Below, piece after piece: positions 9,596 through 18,144 of a stretch of DNA of 28,685 nucleotides. Numbering within the stretch: position 1 is the first letter of the stretch; each line of letters opens with the position of its first letter. The DNA comes from a virus (taxonomy: Duplodnaviria; Caudoviricetes): positions 1 through 28,685 of IMG/VR virus record IMGVR_UViG_3300044637_001165. One strand, written 5' to 3'. The translations under genes and the position numbers were made by a program. The notes beneath the pieces were generated by a model that had not been told where the DNA came from, searched no databases, and saw only the letters and a list, made by a program, of their open reading frames with translations.

Positions 9596-10057
9596 GTGAG
9601 TAAGATTATGCAACAATCCATGACACCTCACTCATCCTCTCGGGGGCCGCTATCTCTGCCAGAGATGATTAACGCAGTGGACCTCATACGTGACTTCATG
9701 TCTGAGAGAGTTCACCTCAACTGCTCAGACAGCGGGCTGCTTAACTTGTTCCATCGTGGAAGCTTCGACATCTTGGTCAAAGCAGTGGACACTCACACGG
9801 TCCGCGGCTTTAACGCCAACAGGTCATACATCTTAGCTAGGGAGGTGGGTGCACCAGCAATCATCCAGCTTCAGATCCAATTGGGTCCCATCCACAGTGC
9901 CACTCATATGGACTACCTCTTGCCTCAACGTGGTGATGATCCAGTGGTACTCTTTATTAACGTGTTAAAGGACTATTTCCATGGCAATGATCATTTCTTC
10001 ATTCCTAGTGGTGCTCAGATTGAATGGGGTGCCATACAGGCTTTGCTGGGTGAGTAG
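9596..10057 (+). CDS. Hypothetical protein
   Basis: 153-aa ORF (alternative ATG at 9608) filling the gap before the 10066 array; ends ...QALLGE. Confidence 0.6.
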   Translation: MSKIMQQSMTPHSSSRGPLSLPEMINAVDLIRDFMSERVHLNCSDSGLLNLFHRGSFDILVKAVDTHTVRGFNANRSYILAREVGAPAIIQLQIQLGPIHSATHMDYLLPQRGDDPVVLFINVLKDYFHGNDHFFIPSGAQIEWGAIQALLGE

Positions 10058-10060
10058 TTA
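10055..10060 (+). promoter_or_regulatory. TAGTTA motif 5 nt before GTG 10066
   Basis: gagTAGTTAccccaGTG; overlaps the TAG stop of the previous gene. Confidence 0.55.
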
Positions 10061-10065
10061 CCCCA

Positions 10066-10533
10066 GTGACTGCTAAACAAGCCATAGATAGTACCCTGTT
10101 GGAATCATATGACTTGCCCATGGGCTGGACGAATGGATTCACCCTCCCTGGTATCAATGGTTTGTTGGCTTTACTCTCTGTGGATGACCCATTCATGGAG
10201 AAACCAGAGGAGACTTACAGCAGGATTGAAGACTTTGTCATTGAAAACTTGGAAGCACTTCTGGAGCAAACTATACCCATAGCTGAGGAGCAGCTTGCAG
10301 CACATAAAAAAGAGTGGGACTTGACAGTTTCCATAGATCCTGACTCCTTGTCTAGCCTGGACGAATGGATTGTCATAATAACCAAGATGGCAGCGCATGC
10401 CCTGGTTGAGAGCATCATAGATTTCTCTGGGACTAAAGAAATGATCCTTAGGCGGTACTCAGAGAGTGCCATACGTCAGCATGTGTTTGACAGAGTCAAA
10501 GCAAAAATAAAAAACTTTGGTATTCGTGTATGA
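10066..10533 (+). CDS. Hypothetical acidic helical protein, putative internal head protein
   Basis: 155 aa. Leader MTAKQAIDSTLLESYDLPM is nearly shared with the next gene. First of five ATGA-coupled genes. Confidence 0.7.
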   Translation: MTAKQAIDSTLLESYDLPMGWTNGFTLPGINGLLALLSVDDPFMEKPEETYSRIEDFVIENLEALLEQTIPIAEEQLAAHKKEWDLTVSIDPDSLSSLDEWIVIITKMAAHALVESIIDFSGTKEMILRRYSESAIRQHVFDRVKAKIKNFGIRV

Positions 10534-10584
10534 CAGCTAAAAAAATCATTGCCAGTGTGTTGGAATCAGATGACTTGCCCATGG
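10097..10584 (+). repeat. 27-bp direct repeat (26/27 identical) in the 5' ends of two adjacent genes
   Basis: TGTTGGAATCA(T/G)ATGACTTGCCCATGG at 10097-10123 and 10558-10584, encoding LES(Y/D)DLPM. Confidence 0.85.
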
Positions 10585-10961
10585 AACTGGGCATAGAGCT
10601 GACCTTGTTGGGTGATCCATTCCATGAGGATCCAAAACTTAACCTGGAGAAATACAAGCTTCTGTGGTCCCATGTCAAGGGCCAGATGCCTAACATATGG
10701 AGGGGGGTCTCAGAAGAAATCGAACATGCCCGTGACATGCACAACCAAGGAAAACTAAAGTTTCCATCTGAGTTTAGACTGGATCTTGCGCTTGAACAAA
10801 AGATGAAAAATGACTTTATCAGCCGCTCATATGGCATGATGCACCACTTGGTCGATGGGGTTGGCATGACCTCCCTGGGTGATTGTGACACCAAAACTTT
10901 CCACGATATGGTTGAGATCATGCAGGACGACGCACACGACTTTTACCACATGCCCAAATGA
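10530..10961 (+). CDS. Hypothetical protein, putative internal head protein
   Basis: 143 aa. Leader MTAKKIIASVLESDDLPM, followed by LLGDPFHE; ATGA overlaps at both ends. Confidence 0.7.
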   Translation: MTAKKIIASVLESDDLPMELGIELTLLGDPFHEDPKLNLEKYKLLWSHVKGQMPNIWRGVSEEIEHARDMHNQGKLKFPSEFRLDLALEQKMKNDFISRSYGMMHHLVDGVGMTSLGDCDTKTFHDMVEIMQDDAHDFYHMPK

Positions 10962-11485
10962 GCACCACCAAATACACCAACAAACTCCTGGGTGTCACTG
11001 AGGCAGATGATAGCCTGCTCAATGATGTCTTGTATGGTCGTACCTTTATGGATGACCGGGAGAAGAAGCAGGCTGCATGGAAGGCCTTTGTAGGCATGGA
11101 CCTGGACGCTATTCTCAAGCAAGCCACCGGTTTGGATAACTTGGAGAAATTCAAGGGGACTTGGAAGGACAGTGACCATTGGGATGAACCTGGCACTGAT
11201 GAGCGTGCCCAGTATGAGGAGGCCATGTACCCGGCCTTGGACATCTACTACCCCATTGAGGCTAGAAACACTGATGTGTATCTCAGGCTCAGAGGCAAGT
11301 TGCAAAGGGCGGTTAATTACAAATTGTACGATTTGGGCTTTGATGAGAAAAAATTGGGGTGGAACCCAGAAACTGGGAAAGATGTCATGGGCCAGATAAG
11401 AGGCCACATCGAAGGATATGTCAAGGGGTGGGTCAGTTACCGGCGCCTGGACGACTATGACGCCATGGAGGTACTTTACAGATGA
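10958..11485 (+). CDS. Hypothetical protein, putative internal head protein
   Basis: 175 aa, leader MSTTKYTNKLLGVTEADD; ATGA coupling. Confidence 0.7.
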   Translation: MSTTKYTNKLLGVTEADDSLLNDVLYGRTFMDDREKKQAAWKAFVGMDLDAILKQATGLDNLEKFKGTWKDSDHWDEPGTDERAQYEEAMYPALDIYYPIEARNTDVYLRLRGKLQRAVNYKLYDLGFDEKKLGWNPETGKDVMGQIRGHIEGYVKGWVSYRRLDDYDAMEVLYR

Positions 11486-11967
11486 AGATCACACCAGAGG
11501 ACATTATGTGGGGCATGGACCCATTCAAGGAAGACTTGGTTCTGGGCTTCAAGAAACTGCCCAACAAGGACCAACTCTTGCTGAAGGCAATCAAGTATGC
11601 CCTCTACCACCGTGGCTTCACCGGCAGTGGCGATGCGGCTGTCACCGCTGGACTAAAGAAGTTTATGTCATCCGTGGGAGCGGACCCCAGACCAGATTCC
11701 GACACAAACTACTGGACACAGAAGGCCAACAATTTTGAAAAGTTGGTAAAGCAAAAAAACTTTGCCAGAGACGTGGTTGATGAGATGATGGTGGACTCAT
11801 CGCTGCAAATGGAGAGGGATGGCTACACTCAACTTGAGAACTACCACATTCCTGACGAACTGATGCAGACCATAATCCAGTGGACCATGGGTGAGCTAGT
11901 GAGGCTTGGAATCCTACCTGACAGTGAGGAACTTAACAGAATGATAAGGGAAGTCTACCTGCAATGA
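11482..11967 (+). CDS. Hypothetical protein
   Basis: 161 aa. N-terminal MWGMDPFKE echoes the DPFxE motif of the 10066 and 10530 proteins; ATGA coupling. Confidence 0.7.
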   Translation: MKITPEDIMWGMDPFKEDLVLGFKKLPNKDQLLLKAIKYALYHRGFTGSGDAAVTAGLKKFMSSVGADPRPDSDTNYWTQKANNFEKLVKQKNFARDVVDEMMVDSSLQMERDGYTQLENYHIPDELMQTIIQWTMGELVRLGILPDSEELNRMIREVYLQ

Positions 11968-12722
11968 GCACCAAACAGGAGTGGAGAGCACGCAGCCACC
12001 AATTGGGTGGACGACATGGCCTTGAGTGTGGCATGCTGGTGCCGTCTGGCAGTGCGGCCCACGTGGTGGTAAACATCGGCGGTTCACTGGTGAATCTTGG
12101 AGACCATGCCTTTCACAAGCACTTTATGTGCACTAGTGACTTCATGTACGCGTCAAGCCCCACATGGACCATTTGCAACCACTATGTGGATGTGGGTGGA
12201 CTCTTGCCCGCGGGATTTGTGACTGAGACTCTGGTACCAAATATCACGGGGAAAAACATCGAGGACATGTCCCTGTTCCCACTGACATACATGGCCGCCA
12301 ATACACCACCCGATAATAGGGGCCTGGCCTTCGTCTATGTTAGGGTTTCCAGCCCAGGAGAGAACGCAGCAAGCACAGCTGAATTGAAGAAAAGTTTTAA
12401 ACTGCAGTGGCCCACTTATGCGGGTGATGATGAGAATTTTGATGGGTGGTTGCAGGATGAATTGCGAATGGAGCCCGTGGACTTAGACTTGGAAACCCTA
12501 GTGGAATCCCTTGAGGAGCAGTATGGTCTGGTGGTTCCCCTGAAAGAAATCATGGGAAAAATTGCATACACCCTTTGTAAGGTCAGTGGAAAAGCCCTGG
12601 AAAATTGTTGGGCCCACGTTGAGGGAACCCAGTATGAGAATGAGTACATTAAGATACTCACAGGCGGTGACATCCTAGACAGCCAGATTAAAGGGTTTAC
12701 TTCCAAAATCCTAGGTGATTAG
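11964..12722 (+). CDS. Hypothetical protein
   Basis: 252 aa, ATGA coupling, ends ...FTSKILGD. Confidence 0.7.
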   Translation: MSTKQEWRARSHQLGGRHGLECGMLVPSGSAAHVVVNIGGSLVNLGDHAFHKHFMCTSDFMYASSPTWTICNHYVDVGGLLPAGFVTETLVPNITGKNIEDMSLFPLTYMAANTPPDNRGLAFVYVRVSSPGENAASTAELKKSFKLQWPTYAGDDENFDGWLQDELRMEPVDLDLETLVESLEEQYGLVVPLKEIMGKIAYTLCKVSGKALENCWAHVEGTQYENEYIKILTGGDILDSQIKGFTSKILGD

Positions 12723-12728
12723 GTTCTT
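12723..12728 (+). promoter_or_regulatory. GTTCTT motif heading the thyA unit
   Basis: GTTCTTtattgtctATG, 8 nt before ATG 12737. Confidence 0.45.
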
Positions 12729-12736
12729 TATTGTCT

Positions 12737-12946
12737 ATGGACAAAAAGCAAAAGCACACCATCCACCTCCCCAATGGAAAATCGTACACTGTCATTGTCA
12801 CTGAAGAGCCCAAAATAAATGAAATTCGTGACTTCATGGCTGGACATGCGGCTGTGACTATCCAGATTGAATTGGCACCAGGAAAAGAGGCCTCACTGCT
12901 TCTGTGGGGTGATGTGCTCAAGAATTCCTACATCACCGTCGAATGA
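12737..12946 (+). CDS. Small hypothetical protein (69 aa)
   Basis: ORF 12731..12946 restarted at ATG 12737; its stop overlaps the thyA start (ATGA). Confidence 0.6.
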   Translation: MDKKQKHTIHLPNGKSYTVIVTEEPKINEIRDFMAGHAAVTIQIELAPGKEASLLLWGDVLKNSYITVE

Positions 12947-13893
12947 CCCACGACTTTACCTACTTGGACCTGGTAAACAGGGTCCTCACGGAGGGTAAAC
13001 TTAAGAAAAACAGAACGGGCATTGATACCATTGGAATTTTTGGTGCTCAGGCCCGTTTTGATTTGGCTGATGGCTTTCCACTCCTCACCACCAAGAAGGT
13101 ATTCTTCAAGGGCATAGTTCATGAGCTGCTCTGGTTTATCAGTGGCAGCACCAACATCAAGTACCTTGTCGATAACGACGTCCACATCTGGGACGATTGG
13201 GCCTATCAGCGGTACTTGAAATTTGTCTCTAAAGTTGTAGTTGTGGGTGGAATTGATAAAACCACCTTGAGTCAAGAAGACTTCATCCATCGCATCAAGA
13301 CAGTGGATGAATTCGCCAAAATTTGGGGAGATCTGGGCATGGGCACGTACGGTGGTATGTGGCGTGCCTTCCCATTCTATGATGACTACGATAGAACCCC
13401 AGACGCTGTCGATCAGCTGAGGAAAGTCATTGAGAAACTCAAGACCAGCCCAGATGACAGACGCCTCATCGTCTCAGCTTGGCATCCCCACTGGGTGGAT
13501 CACTGCGCCTTGCCTCCATGCCATGTCTTGTTTCACTTCAACACAGAGGTGCTCTCAGATGGGCGTAGAAAGCTCAACTGTCTGCTCTACCAGCGTAGCT
13601 GTGATCTCTTCTTGGGCGTGCCATTCAATATCGCCAGCTATGCCTTGTTGACACACATGGTGGCCCATTGCGTGGGCATGGTTCCAGGTGAATTTATCCA
13701 CACCTATGGAGACCTTCACCTCTATGTTAATCATGTCGAGCAGGCTAGACTACAGGCCACAAGAGATCCACACTTGTCCCCACAATTGGCATTGAACCTG
13801 GCAAAGAGAGACCTCTTCCATTTCAATTACGATGACATACAACTGATTGGGTATAACAGTCACCCAGCCATCAAAGCTGAAGTGGCTGTCTAG
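12943..13893 (+). CDS. thyA: Thymidylate synthase ThyA (long form with small-domain insertion)
   Basis: [25 protein letters not shown], catalytic [29 protein letters not shown] and C-terminal IKAEVAV. Confidence 0.97.
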   Translation: MTHDFTYLDLVNRVLTEGKLKKNRTGIDTIGIFGAQARFDLADGFPLLTTKKVFFKGIVHELLWFISGSTNIKYLVDNDVHIWDDWAYQRYLKFVSKVVVVGGIDKTTLSQEDFIHRIKTVDEFAKIWGDLGMGTYGGMWRAFPFYDDYDRTPDAVDQLRKVIEKLKTSPDDRRLIVSAWHPHWVDHCALPPCHVLFHFNTEVLSDGRRKLNCLLYQRSCDLFLGVPFNIASYALLTHMVAHCVGMVPGEFIHTYGDLHLYVNHVEQARLQATRDPHLSPQLALNLAKRDLFHFNYDDIQLIGYNSHPAIKAEVAV

Positions 13894-14357
13894 ACGATCA
13901 CTTCTTCAAAGTCAAGACCGACGTCTTGACCTTTGTTCGTATGGAGATCCACAAGCTCTTGAGCGAGTTGAATAATTGACCGACCGATTTGAGCTTCGCG
14001 ATTATCTTCTGGAGCAAGTTCATGGGGTTCACCTAGGGTTACTTGTTTTGATTTTGGATCAGCTTGAAAAGAGACTGCGAGCATATCGTGGATGACATCA
14101 TCAATGTGCTCCTTCACACTCTTTTTGCCACGGCAATGCCACTTCCTACGACTAAGGCAGTTTGGCTTGTTGCGGTCTTTGCCTCCACAGTCATAGCCAG
14201 CCTTCTGGGAAATTCCAGAGGATCTGGCACAATAGGAATCACCCGCAGAGGTACCAGGCTTGATCTTGTAGCCTTTGGCTCCATAGGAGACGGTTTTCTT
14301 CCTACCCGTTTTAGAATCAGTGTAGGACTTGGAAAATTTCTTACCTTTAGCTGGCAT
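13890..14357 (-). CDS. Basic Cys-containing phage protein (DUF6321/DUF5754-like N-terminal domain)
   Basis: [11 protein letters not shown]...SYCARS...CLSRRKWHC resembles the 'V.FG...SFCAR...W.C' family of large phages. Acidic C-terminal half. ATG 14357 preferred over TTG 14363. Confidence 0.6.
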   Translation of the reverse strand: MPAKGKKFSKSYTDSKTGRKKTVSYGAKGYKIKPGTSAGDSYCARSSGISQKAGYDCGGKDRNKPNCLSRRKWHCRGKKSVKEHIDDVIHDMLAVSFQADPKSKQVTLGEPHELAPEDNREAQIGRSIIQLAQELVDLHTNKGQDVGLDFEEVIV

Positions 14358-14366
14358 AGGCAAATC

Positions 14367-14372
14367 TAACTA
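14367..14372 (-). promoter_or_regulatory. TAGTTA motif before the 14357 gene
   Basis: Minus strand reads gaacctgTAGTTAgatttgcctATG. Confidence 0.55.
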
Positions 14373-14377
14373 CAGGT

Positions 14378-15103
14378 TCACGGGTAATAGATGGTGGAAT
14401 GTGGTGTAGTAAGGCTAAAGGGACTGAGGACTGTAGTGGCCTGAAAATTGCACTCAGTCGGTTTTATCACATTCGCACTGTACGTGGTTCCATCCATGAT
14501 AATGGCAGTCTGACCTGAATGAAAACCATCCCCAACGATAGTGATGTATAGTGATGAAGGTTCTTGAACAACGTACGTGATGATGGGAGTGTCATTGGGC
14601 TCTCTTACGCCAAATGTTCCAATGTCGGTTCCATCTATGGTTATGACGTAGTTGCCATCGGCCACAGATGGCACCTCAAACGCTAAAAAATTGTCTGTCC
14701 AAGTTTCTGGAATTACTGGGGTCTCACCAAACAGGATGGTGGTGTTCAAGAGTCGATTGCCAACAATCTCAACATGAGTACCAATGGGGCCATAGTTTCC
14801 GTTGAGTGAAGCTGTGCCTTGCCACACTGAACCAGCATCTGGGCCCCACGTTTGGTAGAATACGGAGGCCATATTCTGAACATCGGCCAGTGTGCAATCA
14901 TACCAGGCGGACGTGGTGTAGCCCAAATCAAGTTCAACCCGGGCAAATGGATTGTTGGTCAGAGTGATGATAACATGCTGCAGACCATAGTTGTCATCAC
15001 TTTGAAAAACGTGTGTGCCGGGATTGGTCCAGTCTAACTTGAGAAATTGAAACTGGTACGTCTTCTTGTCAACGGCATATTGTATCTGTTCGCTAGTCAG
15101 CAC
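14378..15103 (-). CDS. IPT/TIG-domain protein, probably virion-associated
   Basis: GPIGTHVEIVGNRL...WTDNFLAFEVP and PIITYV...ITIVGDGFHSG are two IPT/TIG-like repeats. Start moved to GTG 15103, which removes the overlap with the AAA gene and has TAGGTA 4 nt upstream. Confidence 0.7.
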   Translation of the reverse strand: MLTSEQIQYAVDKKTYQFQFLKLDWTNPGTHVFQSDDNYGLQHVIITLTNNPFARVELDLGYTTSAWYDCTLADVQNMASVFYQTWGPDAGSVWQGTASLNGNYGPIGTHVEIVGNRLLNTTILFGETPVIPETWTDNFLAFEVPSVADGNYVITIDGTDIGTFGVREPNDTPIITYVVQEPSSLYITIVGDGFHSGQTAIIMDGTTYSANVIKPTECNFQATTVLSPFSLTTPHSTIYYP

Positions 15104-15129
15104 AGTATACCTACGCGAGTAGTTATGCC
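15104..15129. promoter_or_regulatory. 26-bp divergent gap with TAGGTA (-) and TAGTTA (+) motifs
   Basis: TAGGTA at 15113-15108 on the minus strand and TAGTTA at 15120-15125 on the plus strand, each 4 nt before its start codon. Confidence 0.55.
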
Positions 15130-16074
15130 ATGCGAAAGACTGCCTCACTAAGGATTCTGGGCGAATCTAGTGAATCCTACGACCTTAAAAACTCCTACGT
15201 GGAACCAGTCAACAAGACAAAGGAGATTCCAAAGAATTTCTTCCAGTACACAGTCTCAGGTCCTCAATTCCGTCCCGTGGGTGATGTAACTCTCACAGAC
15301 AGCCTCACTCCTGGCGCCTACAAGATTGGCCATGACATGAGTGGCATATTCCTGGAGCAGATCCAGCCAAACACTGACGAGATGATGGTGTTTGAGGACT
15401 CACCCATGCACAAGGCCGTCAATGAGATTGCCACATTCTGGGATCGTAAGGAGCACTACAAGAAGCTTGGGCTGATGCAATCACGCGGCATCATCCTCTA
15501 CGGACCTCCTGGATCGGGCAAGAGCCTGGCGCTTCAACAGGTTGGTGAGGCCATGGCCAAGAATGGCGACATCGTGCTGATGGCTAACTCACCAGAGCAG
15601 ATTTCAAGCGCTCTGAATGCTGTCCGGCAAATTGAGCCTGACCGTCGTATTGTGGTTACCTTTGAGGAAGCCGATGAGCTGGCCTCCTATGATGAGCGAA
15701 CCCTGCTTCGTCTTATGGACGGTGACCTAAAGGTTGACCGTGTCTGCTATCTGGCCACAACAAACTACATTGACAAGCTTTCGCCCAGACTTCAACGTCC
15801 TGGCCGATTTGACAAGCGTATCTATGTCGGCCCGCCAAAATTTGAACACCGTCTGAAGTATCTCAACCACAAGCTCAAAGGCATTGCCGAGGATTCTGCC
15901 ATCCAAGACATGGCCAAGAAAACTGAGGGACTTTCCTTTGGTCACCTGCGTGAGCTTATTGCTGGCGCCTTTGCAATTGGTGATCCAGTGGATGAGGTAA
16001 TCATGCGCCTTCGTGACTCTAGAAATATCAAGGAGTCCCGTAAAGGTGGTGTGGTAAATCGTATCATTGGCTAA
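15130..16074 (+). CDS. Classic-clade AAA+ ATPase (BCS1/FtsH/Cdc48-like single module)
   Basis: Walker A RGIILYGPPGSGKS, Walker B variant IVVTFEEAD, and second region of homology ATTNYIDKLSPRLQRPGRFD. Confidence 0.92.
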   Translation: MRKTASLRILGESSESYDLKNSYVEPVNKTKEIPKNFFQYTVSGPQFRPVGDVTLTDSLTPGAYKIGHDMSGIFLEQIQPNTDEMMVFEDSPMHKAVNEIATFWDRKEHYKKLGLMQSRGIILYGPPGSGKSLALQQVGEAMAKNGDIVLMANSPEQISSALNAVRQIEPDRRIVVTFEEADELASYDERTLLRLMDGDLKVDRVCYLATTNYIDKLSPRLQRPGRFDKRIYVGPPKFEHRLKYLNHKLKGIAEDSAIQDMAKKTEGLSFGHLRELIAGAFAIGDPVDEVIMRLRDSRNIKESRKGGVVNRIIG

Positions 16075-16075
16075 C

Positions 16076-16399
16076 ATGCCCATCTCAAAGAAACAACTTG
16101 CACCTGTTGTACAGTCATTCAAGGCCAAAGCAGAGACACTACGGCCTGACAATGACTTGCAGAACGCCATGGGCCCACAATCATGGGGTATTCAAGTGGG
16201 CCGTGCAACGCAAGACTTTGAGAATTATCTGTCACGCATCTCAAACAGAATCCTTGGGCGGCTGGAAAAAGGTGAGTACGCACCCACATCAGCCATGAAT
16301 AACCGCAATCGTCCCATGGACATGGATGACGATAAGAAGGAACTGTCCAAGATTGGTGGCAAAGCCACTCGTGAGATCTCTAAGATCCTAGGTGTTTAG
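16076..16399 (+). CDS. Hypothetical protein (107 aa)
   Basis: ATG 1 nt after the AAA stop; contains SNRILG and ends EISKILGV. Confidence 0.65.
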   Translation: MPISKKQLAPVVQSFKAKAETLRPDNDLQNAMGPQSWGIQVGRATQDFENYLSRISNRILGRLEKGEYAPTSAMNNRNRPMDMDDDKKELSKIGGKATREISKILGV

Positions 16400-18144
16400 A
16401 ATAGGCACTCATATCGGGTGCCTTTGTCTTTTGTGTCTGGACCCAAGACAGGGAACACATACTCATACCCACGGATTTTCTCCAGCTTTTCTAAAAGAGC
16501 AAGCCCGTTCTTCTTTAAACGTGGGTGCTGTCTGTCGATGAACATGACAATCTCACACTCATTCTTGCCAGTTTTCTTTTGGCGAATGAAACGACCGATA
16601 ATCTGAGACATCAACTCGTGTGATACCACATGGTCAGCCACGATGCCTCCACGTATCTCATTTATACTGACGCCTTCCTTCACCAACGGCGTGATCAGGA
16701 CAGCTCCAGGCGTTTTCTTGAGCCATTCAAATGTCTCATCTCTTTCTTTGGAGTCGTGGGTTGAGAAAAGTATCTTCACCAACTCTGGCTTTACAAGCTT
16801 AGAAATGCTCGCTTGAAGGATCAGAATGTGCAAGGTTCTTGTGGCCACAACCAAGGTGGGATGGCCCTGATCAGAGAAGTGTTTGGCCCAGTCTGAAATG
16901 AGTTGGTTTCTTTCCTTAAATTGAATGATGCCCAAGTCGTTCACTCGTTCCAACAAACACCAGCGAGATTCAATCTCAACGTCATTGCCATCCACTTGAA
17001 CATGGTGCATGTTTTGAGTGGGTATCAACTCACCCTTTCTGTCTCTCTTAAGACCATCTTCCTCGCTATCTTTGTAGTCGCCCGTCTTCTTATCTGGCTC
17101 AGCCTTCTCAAACACGGGTCCAACATAGTTGGCTTTGGACCACTTGTTGTCAATCAAGACCCAGGCTGGACTTTCAGGACGGGCTGTGTGGGGCAGATGT
17201 GAAAACCTATCTTTCCAATCCAAGTTGTCCACCACGTAGATTGTGGGTTTGGCCACACGGCCCACTCGGATAAGAGGGTCAACTTCAACCCTATTTCGTA
17301 TGGGACCGACTAAACCATGAATCCTTGAAAAAGAAACCACGTCATCCTCACGAGTGGTGTCTGACGCACCTAGTCGAAAAAAGGCTGGAGTGGACAGGAG
17401 TATTCGTTGCCAACTCTCACTGGATGAATGATGACTCTCATCAACCAACACTGTCATGAAAGTTCTGAACCACTTCTCGTAAGTGAGTTCATCATAGTTA
17501 GCATGCATACATGCGGCTGTGGCCACCACCATGTCTTTGCCCTCACAGTTTTTCTTGCCACCGCCAAATTGGGTGATGTCCCAGTCAGGAAGGAACTTCT
17601 TGGACTCACGGTAGACTTGGTTGATAAGTCGTTCAGTGGGAGTCAAGTACAAAAAACGAGACTCAGGAAAACGCCGCTTGATCATGGCAGCAGCTGCACA
17701 AAACATGGCAGTCTTGCCACCACTGACCGTGACCTTATGAACACCGTGGCCATGATTCAACCAGGACGCAATGCATGACTTCTGGTTTCCGTCCAGTTCA
17801 AAGTCAGAGACTAGTAAATCATCAGGGACATCATCTACAACCAGACCATGAAACGGACTCTTGATGAGTTTTTCCTTGTCAACCTCAATGTGCAATGTCT
17901 TGCAAGCTTCAAGCACAGAGTCCTGCAAACCACGAAGAGCCTTTCCAGCTTGGGCAGCACTACGCTCAATCAGCTTCATGTAGCCATCCCAACCCTTCTT
18001 GCCACCACTCATCTTGTAAAGCTGGTATGAATCAGCCCGCCAGTAATTAGGTGGCCTTATCTTAGTGGCCTCAATAAGTGAAGACAGCTCTTTAGCATCA
18101 CCCTCAATGTGGATGTATATGGCAGTCTCTCGTACAAAAATCAT
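16396..18144 (-). CDS. uvsW: Superfamily 2 DNA helicase, UvsW-like
   Basis: Q motif (LDGNQ), Walker A variant TVSGGKT, LYLTPT..LINQ, DESHH, RLGASDT, KEGVSI and QIIGRFIR; layout matches T4-like UvsW. Confidence 0.85.
   Translation of the reverse strand: MIFVRETAIYIHIEGDAKELSSLIEATKIRPPNYWRADSYQLYKMSGGKKGWDGYMKLIERSAAQAGKALRGLQDSVLEACKTLHIEVDKEKLIKSPFHGLVVDDVPDDLLVSDFELDGNQKSCIASWLNHGHGVHKVTVSGGKTAMFCAAAAMIKRRFPESRFLYLTPTERLINQVYRESKKFLPDWDITQFGGGKKNCEGKDMVVATAACMHANYDELTYEKWFRTFMTVLVDESHHSSSESWQRILLSTPAFFRLGASDTTREDDVVSFSRIHGLVGPIRNRVEVDPLIRVGRVAKPTIYVVDNLDWKDRFSHLPHTARPESPAWVLIDNKWSKANYVGPVFEKAEPDKKTGDYKDSEEDGLKRDRKGELIPTQNMHHVQVDGNDVEIESRWCLLERVNDLGIIQFKERNQLISDWAKHFSDQGHPTLVVATRTLHILILQASISKLVKPELVKILFSTHDSKERDETFEWLKKTPGAVLITPLVKEGVSINEIRGGIVADHVVSHELMSQIIGRFIRQKKTGKNECEIVMFIDRQHPRLKKNGLALLEKLEKIRGYEYVFPVLGPDTKDKGTRYECLF

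Noticed and set aside
9325-9603. 92-aa ORF spanning the hairpin
   Set aside because: It overlaps the motif-supported ORF 9216..9485 in another frame, has no start signal and runs through the inverted repeat; not fully excluded.
12943-13893. Possible dCMP hydroxymethylase (modified-base pathway, given nearby glycosyltransferases) or intron-split thyA
   Set aside because: It keeps the dUMP-specifying Asn in GVPFNIASY and is one uninterrupted ORF; it is a canonical ThyA.
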